Assembly (NCBI RefSeq): GCF_009914755.1
Contig: NC_060931.1
Source: the human T2T-CHM13v2.0 reference genome, Homo sapiens
Strand: one strand, 5' to 3'
Length of the DNA: 64,000 bases
Below the pieces are notes generated by a model. That model made no database searches. It saw only the letters and a list, made by a program, of their open reading frames with translations, and had not been told where the DNA came from. How positions within the stretch are numbered: the stretch's first letter is position 1; each line of letters begins with the position of its first letter. The translations under genes were made by a program, and so were the position numbers. Below, piece by piece: positions 40,959 through 54,640 of the stretch.

Positions 40959-43169
40959 GTGACTGTGTCTTCTGATCCCCAACTCAGGATGCGGCCCTGT
41001 GAACCTGTTTATGGATTCTGAGTTACAGAATATATCATTTTAAGGCCAAATAAGTCAAAGAAATCAGACTGAGGGGAGAAAAGAACTTCAAATACTGCTT
41101 TGGTTTATGTGTAGGGCAAGAGGAGTATTTCTCTCTCCTCTTAGTCTCTCTCTTTGCCTCTTTCTGTCTTTGTCTCTGCCTCTGTCTTTCTCATTTACAT
41201 TCTCTGTGATACACACATACTAATATGATGACACTAAATAAAACATGAAACCCCTGATAGCAAGGAGGGGAAACAGAAAAGGAGAGACAATAATTTGAAA
41301 TACTGGTAATGGATAGTTATTATCCAGGTGGATATTGGGATTTTGGAATAATTCTATCAATAATGTACATGTCCTCTAAATGAAGGACATTTATGTTATG
41401 TTGGGTGAATAGAACCCTGTTAGTAGTTCTGCATCCTCAATCTTTTTTTTATCCTCAATCTTTCCTCATAGGTCTTATATATTAAAAGATATAATTGCCT
41501 CAGGATGGTTCTTGCCTAAAACAAATAGCAAAGATACTTATACTACTGATTGTGAAGAGGAAGTTGTTTTATTTTTCCATTTTAAAATAAGAACAATAAA
41601 CATGTTTTTAAAGTTTAAGATCAAAATTATTTATTATTTAATGTTATCTACTTATCCATTATGCAGATGCTTTTAAAAAGCTAGAAAGTCAACAACTGGC
41701 AAGAATGGTTTTATTAGGGCATGAATTAGAAATAAATCCCCAAGGGAAAATGAATTCAGCTTATATTATGAGAAAATGTGAAGAGTCATTAATCCATATT
41801 ATGCTGCCTTGCTATTCTATTAACTAAGGCAAAAACAAATTCTCTAGTCACCATTCTCATTTTCATGAGTAGCAAGGTATTAGTGCAGTAGCTAGGGTTC
41901 AAAAGTTAATAATAAACCTGAATCAAGAATAATTTCAAAAGTACCCAGACAACAAAAGGCAGTGGAGAGTGAAAATTCAAATGTAGCAGGACATTATCTG
42001 ATTAGAAATCTGTTGTCATTGTCCTCCACCAAAATGGCCCACGAATTGCTGAGGTAAAGTCTGCGATCTCTATGATGGGATTGAATTTGTACCCAAAGTT
42101 AGTAGCTCAGCATTTCCTTTCCTCTTTCTTTTTAAAACCCCACATTATAAAAGGGCACACAGCAACACATTTTACTGTTAAATATGATCTGAGCCTGTTG
42201 GAATACTGCCCATGCAAAAGTGTCACCCTGGCAACTCACCCATGCCTTCCACTTCCCAATAGGAGTTTTCCCATACAACCCTCCCCTTGTAGAATGCTGT
42301 TCTCTAACCACAGGGTACAAGGAAGGCAGTCTCCAGTGCTGTTCCAAACTCTGAATACTTCTAAGTGGCAACTCCAAAACTAACATAAATTGCATGCATT
42401 GCTTTGCTTGCACAATGACACTCACTTTGGAATCCAAGCAGAAAGCAGCCACCTAATATGGTTGCATTCTGTCCTTTACCCATGGTAAGATAGTTCAGAA
42501 GAAGACCACCACCAAGTCAGGTAACAGTGGTGAAAGCTGACCTCCCCTTTCGCAGCCATCATACCATCTTGTGTTCACAGTCTGCAATAGTTTCCATATC
42601 TATTCATCCCTGCTCATACGGTTGTTCTGCCCAATGCAGCCAAGCGATACACACGGCAAACACTTAGCAAATGCCAATGTCTCCCCACAGCACTCACCCC
42701 TTATCCACAACATGCTATTTCCACTACCAGTTCCACAAACCAAGGGTCTCACGTTTTAGAGACATCATATTAGTGTGTGTCTATCATGCAGCGAATATGA
42801 GTGAGACAGAAAAAGATTCATAGAGACAGAGAGAAAATAGAGGCAAAAAAGATTGAAACAGGGAGAAATATTCTTTGTGTTCTGCGCATAAATGAGTAGA
42901 AACTTTTGTTACTGGCAGCTTTCGGGATGAGTGAATCATGTTTTGTACACGCACTCTGATAATTTACAGCCCACTGGTTTCACAGTAAAGACTGACCATT
43001 CTGTGGACTTCAGAGAACAATTCATTGTCTTCAAGACCACCTACAACTCGCGTGTATGTGCCGTCATTCCAAATTATACTAATGCAGCGTTTCCATAAAT
43101 TCATCCTCTACACATAAAACTCACAGTAGATTGCAATGTAATTGACCAAATCAGAAATATCTTGTGCTT

Positions 43170-43405
43170 TCTGGATGACTGTAATTAACCACAATTTATT
43201 GTATATTTCAAAATAGCTAGAAGAAAGATTTCTAATGTTCCCAACACAAAGAAATCATAAATGTTTGAGGTGATGGATATACCCAATTAATCTGGTTTAA
43301 TCATTACACAGTGTATGCATGTATCAAAGATCACCTGTAAATATGACTAATTTGTATATGAAATATGTATAATCATTATGTATGAATTTAAAAATGAACA
43401 AAAAA
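43170..43405 (+). mobile_element. L1MA 3' terminal fragment with TSD
   Basis: aatttattgtatatttcaaaatagctagaaga...cccaacacaaagaaat...gtttgaggtgatggatat; TSD aatatc(t/c)tgtgc about 43156-43167 and 43409-43420. Confidence 0.85.
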
Positions 43406-44719
43406 GGTAATATCCTGTGCCTAAAAGTGTTGGTTTTAAAGTCACTGATGTCTTTTTTAACTAGAATTTAAACACAGGTGGTTTGATTCTGTTCCAATCT
43501 TTCATTTCACTGGTAAAACCAGTCTAGAGAAATAAAGGCTGCCAAAAACAAAATCTATGTTAAAAATTAAAAACTATAAAATTTAAAAATAACAAAGCCT
43601 TAATCAGAGCCTCAAGTATTAAAAGAGAATCTGATTGTTGCATCTAGATTGATTAACCAAAACAAGTGTCATTGGTGTGAACTGATTTACTTAATTCAAT
43701 TCCCTATTTTAAGACATATAGATAACTTTACAGCTCAATAAAGATTTAGAATAAGAGAAAAAAAAGATGAGGTGGAAACGGCAGAGTGAGATTCAGGAGA
43801 CCAGGACTCTGGTTCCAGCTGTTAGTGTTCAGTAAGTTACTTAATTTTGCCTCAAATTATTTTTCTTGTGTATGAAAAAGTGACAGATTCGTGGACCTTT
43901 AAAGTTCCTGAAAAGATGGTAGTGAACTACAGAGAGTAAAAATCGAGCATTTTGTAGCTTTCCAATGGGTATTAAGGAAAAAAATCAGTAAGCTAATTAA
44001 GATCACAGTAATCAAATAAAATTCACTCAAAATAGTACTATTGTAAGTATTATTTGAAGTTGAAATTTTTACCCCAGACATTCCCTCAAAGAAGGCTGTG
44101 AGAATGAATTTCAGCAGTCTGACTTGGGTGGACTTGCTCTCAAACAGTGCAGGCTCTGTTATAACAGGCCTCAACCATGTCCTGGGTGGATGCTGAGAAG
44201 ACCCAAAGGGAGGGGCCCTAACACCACCCCACTGAAGAATGCAAGAAAGACCCTCTCAGTCTCCCATAAGCAATGCTGAAACACTGGGCAGAGCAATGAA
44301 AGTGAGAATTTGACAAAAAATCATGATTGATACTGAAAAAGAATGACATTTGAGAAAGCAAAGCTCCTTTCGTAAATAATTGCTGTAGCTATTGTGAATT
44401 AAAATGGAGAATAGCACTGGCTTGTTACTGTCCTTAACTTCAGGGTTCACACTGTTTGTTAAAGACTGCTTTGAATTTCCTTTTATCAAACTGGAAAGGT
44501 CACCGTATTTGTCTCTAGGAAAAAAAATCCTAATTTATTATGCCAAGAAAATAAGAAGAAATACTACAGATACAAATGAAACAGCAGATAATGTCAGAAT
44601 AAAATGAAAATAGAGAATGTGGTAAGTTGTGCTTTCAGTAAATAAATGAATAATATTGAAGGCTTAAATACAAAATCAAATACATAATTAAGAAAATATT
44701 TTTAACCATTGCCTATAAC

Positions 44720-45550
44720 TCCCAAGTGAATGTTTCTAGTTCTGAATCTTCCCCTTACCTCCACACTTACACTTCCAGCTGTCTGATGGATATTTCTATC
44801 TAGATGTCCCTTATATACTTCAAAGTCCTTCCTTTCCCAAGAATAAATCTGCTTCTCTCCTAAATTCCCCTTCTGGCATCATAATGTTCTCAGTCACCCA
44901 CATCAGAAATCCAAGAATCCCAAGTCCTGACATTTTCCTACTTCCCATGCCCAATCAACCACCAAATCCAGCTCTTTCAAATTCCCCTTTCTTTCTCTAT
45001 TCGATGCTGCTTCTAGCCAAATTCTAATTCTCCTCGCTCTCCCCCATATAATTACAAAATGCATCTTTCCCTCCTTCAATATTGCTCTAGTTCATTCTCT
45101 ATACTTCCTCCAGTGTAATACACATAAAATGCCAATGACTTCCAGCTGATAACACCTCAGTGCTTCCTGCTCACCTTCCTTTCACACATATGCCATAACT
45201 TCTTACTTTCTCACATGGATTTCACACCCCTATCCCACTGCTCCTACCTGCAATGCCCTTGTCCACCCCACCCTGCTCTTTACCTAACTCCTATTCCACT
45301 TTCAGGAGCCATTTTAGGGGACACCTCCTCTAGGAAGCCTGCTTTTACACACAGCCCTCTGGCCCCAGACTGCATTAGCTGCCTTTTCCATTCCTTAATG
45401 CACCCTCAATATACTTTTATCATATAGAAGTTGGTCATATCTATTTATGTGCCTGTCTCTTGCATTTGGCAGATATTCCTTGAAGGCAAGGACTTATCAC
45501 CTTTGCTTCTTGAGAGCCTAGCAATGTTTACTGAACTGAACTGAAAATAA
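44720..45550 (+). mobile_element. L2 3' region
   Basis: Pyrimidine-rich L2 pattern: ggatatttctatctagatgtccc...cccaatcaaccaccaaatcc...cacctcctctaggaagcct...cttgaaggcaaggact...tttactgaactgaa. Confidence 0.75.
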
Positions 45551-45808
45551 ATGAAACTATGGGGAAAAATATATTGGTGGGTATGAGAGTATTTCTGAGG
45601 ATTATAAATGTTTAGAAAAGTAGAAATTGTTTTTCTTACTTATGCAAATAATACCTCATGGTTTACAAAGTGTTTTCATAAAAGTTATATCGTTTGATCC
45701 TTAAAACAACCCAAGAAGGTAGGGTAAGGCAGATATTGAGGCTGATAGAGACCCTAAATACATAAGAAATTTCTCCAAAAAGAGAAACATTATTGATTTT
45801 TAAAAGGG

Positions 45809-45842
45809 GTGTGTGTGTTTGTGTGTGTGTGTGTGTGTGTGT
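45809..45842. repeat. Imperfect (GT)n
   Basis: GT run with one tt interruption. Confidence 0.9.
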
Positions 45843-47059
45843 TCAGATAGATCTTCATAAGATCAGAGCTCCAACTTCAAATAAAGTTCCTGTTTGGTCA
45901 AAATAGCCAATTGGTTTCCTCCATATTTACTAAAAAGTTTTCCCAAAAAAGAGAAACTATCAATTGTTTATAAAAAATTTTCAATAACCTGTTTCCCTCT
46001 TTTCACTACTTTCCAAGTAGATTTTGGAAGACAGACCAGTTAATTCAGTCTTGTAAAGACAAAGAGAGAACTAATTCACTCTCACCTTCAGAAGGTCCAC
46101 TGGGCTAGACACCTCCCAAATGTTTTTCTGATTTCTGAAGCTATCCTTTTCTCAGGAGAATGCCAACAGCTAAGACCAGCTTTGGTCGAAGTCTTCAGCA
46201 AACAGGGGATAAAGAATGCTGAGAGAGAATGTCACAAAGATTCCTGAAAAAGAAAAAAAGTAACACAGGACAATGTAAATTGTTTTGGGTTAATTCTATT
46301 TAGCTGAGATTTCATCCTACTATCGTACGAAAAATTGACAAGGGGGACTTACTATATATCAAATTCCATGATTAATTTTAACCAAGCATTATTGTACTTA
46401 ATGACATCAATGTCTAAGAAATTTTAAGCAACTTAATAGGAACAGGTAATGAAAATAGGTAACATAATTCCAATTACATTGCAGTGTAGGACAGAAGTCT
46501 GAATTACCCCTAAATAGCAGGAAACAACTGTGCACACAAATCAAAAAGAAAAAAAAGGCACTTGATCTTATTCTACTCTGATGCTTCATGGGAATACACC
46601 GTGCTCTATAATCACATCAACAACAGGCCGTGGCGGGGAAGAATCTAATACAGACTGAAAAGAACAAACAATGAAGAACTAAGTATTTGATCAAGGTTGA
46701 CAATGTCAGAGAGGAACTCAGCAATGCAATTAGTATTTTAGAGGTGGCTTTGAAGGCGGTAAGAAAATATGGCATCTGGAATAAAGGGGTTGCTGAACAC
46801 ACCATTATAAGAAAGAAAAAGCATAAGGTTAAAGTGGAACAGAATAAAACCTTAATTAAACAGAAGCCAACTAACAGGTGTGCTTGAATATTATGTTTAT
46901 TACATATCTCACTTTTATGAGAGAGGGTAAAACCACAAAAGGAATGCTTCAAAAAGCTTCTTTTAAACCAGAACTTAGGGTCAGTCTGTAGTAAGAAGAG
47001 CAGAAACCACGAGTTCTAGACCTGCCTCCACCACTAACAGTATGGCCTTGGGCTTGCTA

Positions 47060-47200
47060 AGTGCTTCTCAACCCTGCCTGTGCATTAGCACCACTGGGTA
47101 AGCTTTTAAAAAGTATCGATGGCTGGGCCACATCCAGACCAAATAAATCCCTGACCAATTCAATCAGAATCTCAGGTGGAATGGCACGCAACTGTCAATA
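47060..47200. mobile_element. MER5-type relic
   Basis: gtgcttctcaaccctgcctgtgcattagcacc...agcttttaaaaa...ccaattcaatcagaatctc. Confidence 0.65.
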
Positions 47201-47627
47201 TTTTGCAAAAGAAAGTCAGGGAAGATATTCTTTGATGACCCCTCTAGCTCTAACATTCTGTCTTTTCTACACTTTTGGCACCTGACAACTCATTTGTTTT
47301 AAAATAGATAAAATTTAAATTGATAGTATCCAAAACTTTAGAACCCTATAAATAGTTCCCATTTTCAGGAGGCGGGAACTCAGAGTCAAGAGGTACAGTG
47401 ACTTACACAAGGTCCAAGCAAAGCAGCAGCGTGAGAATGGGGTCAGGTCTTCTAGGGAGGAGAAAGCCAGATGGATCATGACCTGGGGCCAGACACAACT
47501 CTGTTTCAGGATGGGCTGGGTATGATCCAAAGACATGAGCCACACTGATGACTAGGAAGTGATGAGGCTCGTGGCTCTCTGGGCAGGGATGCATAAACAC
47601 AGGGTTCCTGCTTTTTAAGGAACTACA

Positions 47628-47895
47628 GGCCAGGTCCAGTGGCTCACGCCTGTAATCCCAGCACTTTGGGAGGCCCAGGTGGGCAGATCACCTGAGGTCA
47701 GGAATTCGAGACAAGCCTGATCAACATGGTGAAACCCCGTCTCTACTAAAAAATACAAAAACGCCTGTAATCCCAGCTACTCGGGAGGCTGAGGCATGAG
47801 AATCACTTGAAGGCAGGAGGCAGAGGATTTAGTAAGCCGAGATGGCGCCACTGCACCAGCCTGGGCGACAGAGCAAGACTCCATCTCAAAAACAA
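47628..47895 (+). mobile_element. AluS with about 20-nt deletion at the start of the right arm
   Basis: aaaatacaaaa joined directly to acgcctgtaatcccagctac; degenerate TSD aaggaac. Confidence 0.93.
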
Positions 47896-47908
47896 AGGAA
47901 CAATAGCA

Positions 47909-48425
<517 letters not shown>

Positions 48426-51029
48426 ATGCGTTGCCTCAAAGAAATACAACTCCCTTGCAGGCTGGAGGCAAGGCTGCTCTGCCCTGATATCTACTTTATC
48501 TTTTTTGTCTCAATGCATCCTCACACTGGAAAGTGGAAACAGAAGCCTCCTGGAGTCTCCATGGTGTGGTGCTTTCAGATTTTCTCAGGCTAAACAATTA
48601 AATTTCTGTTGAGAGAGAATTAACATTTTATGGAATAACTTTTATTCTTACACACACACTTCCAAATTAGTACACTTTGGATGCTGAGATTTAACTGTTT
48701 TGGAGAAGTTCAGCTCAGGCAGCCATCAGAAGAGTCATCACTGAAAACTGCCCTAAATAACTCAGTCCATCATGATATCTGAGTTTAAATGCCCAACTGA
48801 AATCTCTGGAACATCATTCACAATTCATGGGTAAACAATTTTCCTAACATTCTTACATTCATCTTCAATCCTCTTAAGAGAAGTATCCATGTCGCAGTTT
48901 GCTGTCCCATTACATTTACATTGGGTAAATTATTTCTTTTATTTGTACAGCATTGTTATTTACTATAATAAAATCTAATTTACAAATATGTTGCATATGA
49001 AATATATTTTAAGAGGCTAATGCAAAAGCATTACTGTTTCTGACACCTTAGGCATATCCTAATTATACTGTGTCAGAATTATCTTCATAGCTCATTTTAA
49101 TAATAATGTGAAAAGATGGTTTTCATTAGACACATCTGGGAAGAAACAGAAGAGTGGTATTAAAAATAAAAACACAATTTTGGGAGACAGAAGGAGCCTG
49201 GAAGGTCACTAAATCCAACCATCTATCTGCCTGTGGCCCATTCCATTTTTAGGAAATTCTATATGAAGCTGAATCTCTCTTCCTGTAGCTTTGACTTATT
49301 GCTCACAATTCTGGCCATTGGAGCCACACCCAGGTTCATATTCTAATGTTAACTTCCCCAACCACAGCCCACTGTTCAGAAAAACAAGGATAAGCTATTG
49401 TTTTGGTAGAGGTGCTGCTTGGATCAGGAGTGAGCACCTTAGAGGCTGGTGGATGACCCAGGAGGTAGGTTTGTGCAGAGATACGCTAGAACAAAGACAA
49501 TAGTAAGACAAATTGATCAAACCAGCTCTTTCTGGGATTTAGTTGATGTTGGGAGTCAGAGGAGAACCTACTAAATATGCAGAGATAGCAGAAAGACCAT
49601 ACGAGAGAGCATGTGAAAGGTGTCAGTCCCTTGAGTCATCTCAAACCGAACTTTCTACTTTACAGATCCAAACAGGGCAGCTGTGCAGCAAGCCCCTCCT
49701 CCTTAGAGTGTCTTGAGTGAGTTGCTGTTTTCTTTGGCCCAGAGTGCCCAAATTCATACAGACTAAGATTACAGCACTCCATTTACTGCCATTCTTACAG
49801 CTACATTTCAGACTGACAGTTAATATTTCTCTAATCTTTTTGTAGGGCTTTTTGTTAGAAACAAGTGAAGCCTTTATTTTCACAACATCAATATTTCACC
49901 TTCTTAGATTGGGTCCATTATCCCAACCTGCTAAAAACTTTTGACTTCCCAATCTTGTCCTTACGAAATATTCATTATGCCATCATCTATGAGTTAGACA
50001 AGAACACTATCTAGCAAAATATTAATGCTACTAATAAAAACTTTAAAAGCCAGCAACAATACCAAATTGGACACAATTTTAGAGAGCAAACAGTAGTATA
50101 AAAATTTGAAAATCAAATTGTTAGTAAATAAATTTATTTTAGTGTATGTCATTACTTAAAATTAATAATTACCAATACTCTAAGTTGATTGCCAATTATC
50201 CTGAAAATATAATAAGCTACATAAACGGACATGACCAAGCAATTCATTTGCTGGATAAAGGTTTTAACATTTACTCGTTAGAGACTGCAAAACCCAGAAG
50301 AATGAGGTTTCAGCATCATTAGAGAAAATGAGGCCATAGTTGAGATAATTGGTAACATGAACTTTGTAGCTGGAGTAATTACCTGTGCAGTCAACCAAGA
50401 AGTTATGTTTGAGAAACATATTGCAAAAACAGAGCCAAGTTAGCTTCAACCTTCCCTGAGGCAATCATGGAAATTAGCAGAATCTGTCATTTTAGGTCAT
50501 CGGTATCCCCTTGCCAAAGTGAAATTGTTCTCTGAAGAAGATCTCAACTGCTTTTGTCTAATTTAGTTCTCAGTCAGCCTCACGGGATCTCTCCTTATGG
50601 TAAAAAGTCTCACACCGAAGGGCTTTTTAAGTTCTCCTGGCTGCTTTTCTTAGTTTTTCTGACTCCACCATTATAGTCAGGTGCCACTTCTCAGGTGGTC
50701 AGTATGCCTGCCCAGAGCAATTTAACCCAGCCTCACTCCACTAATTGGATATGCCTGGTCCTCTCCAGGCTGACTCTGGGTAAAGTAAAAGTGAAGTGCC
50801 TCAGAGGGAGAGCCCGATGCACGAGCCTATTAAAAAAGCACGAGTGAATGTGTGAATTTCACGCCATCTCTGATGACCATTGAGAGGCCTTTCTGGCTTG
50901 CTTCCTTCTTCTCAGTTGTGCTGAATGGGTAAACTTTTCCTTCAACAACTGGTGTTGTAGACCCATTAGGTGCCACAAGAAATGCAAAGACTCTAAGACT
51001 TGGCAGCTCCTGCTCAAGAACAGAGATAG

Positions 51030-51450
51030 GAGATAATACCAATTTATGTTCTATGGCATTTTGAGGCTTATTTTTCATAGAGGTAATCTCATTTAATACT
51101 GAAAACGTCGTTTTTCTAGCATTTTACAGATTTAAAAAATAAGTTTCAATAAGGAACTTCTCAATGGCTCATCATAGCTAGTAGGTGGCAAAACCAAGAC
51201 TACAAGTATTTTGTAATTCTTAGTCCACATCCACTGACCCACATGCAGGCAAAATGACCACATAGCAATATGTTGAGTGCTTACTCCATCCTAAATACCG
51301 TTAAAACTGGTTAGCATATATTTGATCCTCATGACAACTTAATGAGGTATGCAATTTCAATATCCCCATCTAATAGATGAGAAAACTGAGGCACAGAAAG
51401 AGGACTAATGGTCCAAGGTTGTACAGCTAGTTGGGGGCAGAAAGTGATAA
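51030..51450 (-). mobile_element. Two adjacent MIR copies
   Basis: atctcatttaatac...cattttacaga...ctagtaggtggca; gttgagtgcttact...tttgatcctcatgacaac...agatgagaaaactgaggcacaga. Confidence 0.75.
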
Positions 51451-52089
51451 ACACAATGAGAGCCCTGCCACCCGAATGTGGAGGAAGTTGTTGGATTTGT
51501 TGCTAGGAAGAACGCTAAGCAAGTTTTGGAACGTTTTCTGGCATTTCCAGAACAGTGAGACTTTTCTTCTCTTGGAAATCTTGTGAGGAGACATTGGCAT
51601 CAGAGATGAGAAAAAGATGGCAATTCCAAGAAAAGAAGGAAATGTGATTTTTTCCTCGTCCCCTCCGCTATGACTATGGATGTGTGAGTGACTTAGCAGC
51701 ACAGAGAGCTAGCGGCATATGAATACCATCTGCTGCTTTAATACTTGCTATGTATATTTTCTGTCATTTCAAATTCTTTGGACAGATCACACTGGTTGAG
51801 TAAAGCAGAGAGAAGAGACTGTTGGCATTCATGACCTTACATTTGTGGTTTGTGATTTGACAGTGGACACCCAGGAAGTTTATTAAGTGTAGTGATTTAG
51901 CAATATGCTGGAATACCAGTTTGCATCGTACAAACTCACTGGCTACTGGGCATTCACGCCTCAGTGCGGCTTCTTTGTTCTGAACATGTTTTCGGGTATG
52001 AAAAAGGCAGGAGCCAGGAAGAAAGGAAGTGCTCCAGCTTTCAGTGAGTAGTTTTCATGGTCCATACTTGGGACTCAGGGCTTGCAAAC

Positions 52090-52250
52090 ACCTCTTTGAA
52101 CCCTCACAATAATCCCATAAGGTGGACATTATTGCAACAATTTCATACGTGGACATATTAAGGCACAGAGAAGTCTAGTGACAGACCCCAAAGTCAGAGA
52201 GCTTGTCCATGTCAGAGATGGCATTTGAACCCAGGTCTTTCTGACCCTGT
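52090..52250 (-). mobile_element. MIR
   Basis: cctcacaataatcccataaggt...aggcacagagaagt...atttgaacccaggtct. Confidence 0.7.
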
Positions 52251-52464
52251 TGTGGCATGGCCTCTTCCATTTCTGCTCAAAGAGTTAAGCAAACACACAA
52301 ACAAAAACTTTGCAAAGAGGAGGGAAAGCCACTAGATGACATTACGTTTTAGTTAAAGTTAGAAAAGCAGTATCTTTAGATATGTTTGATATGTGGAAAA
52401 AACACAGGACATTTAGTGGAAATTAGTTCCAGGAAAAAGCCAGCAGCCTCTACAAACCTTTTCA

Positions 52465-52633
<169 letters not shown>

Positions 52634-53699
52634 AAGAGATACTTTACAGTCTAAGAAGCCAGTCCCCAAGGGACTGCTGTGTTCCCAGGAATTCAGAAGT
52701 GGAAGGAGAAATGCATCAAAGATAGGACTATTCCTGGCCTAGCACAGGGGTAAGGGTGTGACCATGGTAAATACTGTGAACAACAAATAAAGGGCTTAGG
52801 TGGTCCAAAGGAGACAGAAAATACTTCTGGCTGGAATCAGGCAGTAAATAATGACCTCATTGAGACACTGGCAGGAAAAAAAGGGGAGAAATAGAATGAT
52901 AACTTTAGGGAAAAGCAAGATGAGAAGTGATTTTAGGCCAGAGGAGATTTGAGCACATCTGTAGGCTGACATGTAATAAGAACAGACAAAGAAAGCGAGT
53001 GAAGCTGCAAGTTGGCAAGAGTAAACAGAGCCAAGGCCTCATGTAAAGGGTTGGGAATAGGATATACAGGGATTAGGGAGTTTCTACTATACTTCAGCCA
53101 CATTTTGTGCACATCATAAAAATTTAATCTACTTCAAATGGTAAGGGATACAGAGACTCATTTCATGTCTCCTTCCATGTTGGAGAGAACACTCCTCAGA
53201 TTGAAGCTTTTCTGAAATGGCCAAAAACTATTACAACAGCCCATATGCAGCAACCTGCTTATTTGCATATTGCCCAGTCTTCTTACTGGAAAACAGCTGG
53301 AGTCAGTCAAAATGAAATGAAATGCCAGCACACTTCAACAGTAATACAAATGCCATGCAACCTTGAACTTGAGTTTAATAGAATAAACAAAACAATTTGC
53401 TTTGATGACTCTGAAAAGCAACTGAACTTGTTCCAACTTGAGCAGGAGTTTGTTTATTTTGCTTAGCTCCAGTCATTTATTCAAATCACTCAAGAAACAT
53501 TTAGTGAGAGCCTACTGGGTAATGCATACTAGTATGAAGCTAGAATGCTAATGATTTTCATATTCTTCCTTCATTTCTACTGGATTATTTTAGATAGGGT
53601 TTCATTTTTAGGTGGGGAATTTCTGCAGCTGATGTTTAATAATATTTATTCTTTCTTATCAAAAAATTGTTTTCATTTTCCAAAATATAAAAAGTAAAG

Positions 53700-54000
53700 A
53701 AAAATTTTTAAAAGAAATTTAAACATTTTCTTCCATGTTCATGTTTTGGTGTATGTTTTCCAAGTCTTTTATTTTTCTTGTGTGTCTGTATTCACTTTTT
53801 TCAGAATAGAAGTGGTATCATTCAGCACACACTGGTTTATCAACCTGCTATTCTCACTTAACCATACACCATGAACATTTCCCCAACTCATTAAATATTC
53901 TATAAAATCATTTTTAGTGTCTGAATGATATTCTACCATATAAAGAAACCATATCTATTTAATCGCTGCCCTAATATTGGATATTAATGTTATTCCAACT
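53700..54000 (-). mobile_element. L1ME 3' fragment
   Basis: caacctgctattctcacttaac...atgaacatttcccca...tcatttttagtgtctgaatgatattc...tatttaatc...tattggatatt. Confidence 0.55.
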
Positions 54001-54354
54001 GGCTGACTTTTTATATGATTTTTTTAAAGGTGCGCTATTTTACTAGCACTGGCTGAAAAACCACCAGTAAGATTGTTATATGGAATCTGATATATGGAGC
54101 ATTATTCAACTGTGAAGTTCCATTTCTCTCATCTAAGATTGTGATCAACTGAACCGAGAGTATTTCAGGCCAAGTACCTGCTCAGAGCACAGCCAGCCCA
54201 AATGCCCACTTATTTCTCACCTTCTCCCATCACAGCCCTGCCCTCACCATTTGCTGTAGATCTGTAGTTTGACAGTGAGCAGTCTGCCTGATTGGAAGGG
54301 AAGAACAGCTAGAAGTTATGTGCTTACCCAGCTCATGATTTTGAGGCTGTATTG

Positions 54355-54640
54355 CAGTAGTTCTCAGCTCTGCTGGACTTGGGAATCACCTGAGCTGGTT
54401 TTAAAACCACAGGCGATATGTTTACTATCTTGATTGTGTTGATGGTTTCACAGGTGTATGTTAAAATTTATCAAATTGTCCATTTTAAGTATGTGCAGTT
54501 TGTTGTGTTTAATTATATCTCAATAAAGCTGTTAAAAAAGCAAAACTCCAGATGGCCAAAGCCCACAATTGAGATTCCGATTTAATTGGTCTTGGGTAGG
54601 ACTCTCCAGGTGGTTGTAATGTGAAGCCAAGAACTATTAA
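54355..54640. mobile_element. MER5-type relic interrupted by an L1M 3' tip (about 54415-54545, + strand)
   Basis: cagtagttctcagc...gaatcacctgagc...ttttaaaa | tatcttgattgtgttgatggtttcacagg...ctcaataaagctgttaaaaa | gagattccgatttaattggtct. Confidence 0.7.

Noticed and set aside
51688-51698. ARE/MARE-like GTGACTTAGCA and octamer ATTTGCAT at 53261
   Set aside because: Isolated short motifs, expected by chance in 64 kb.
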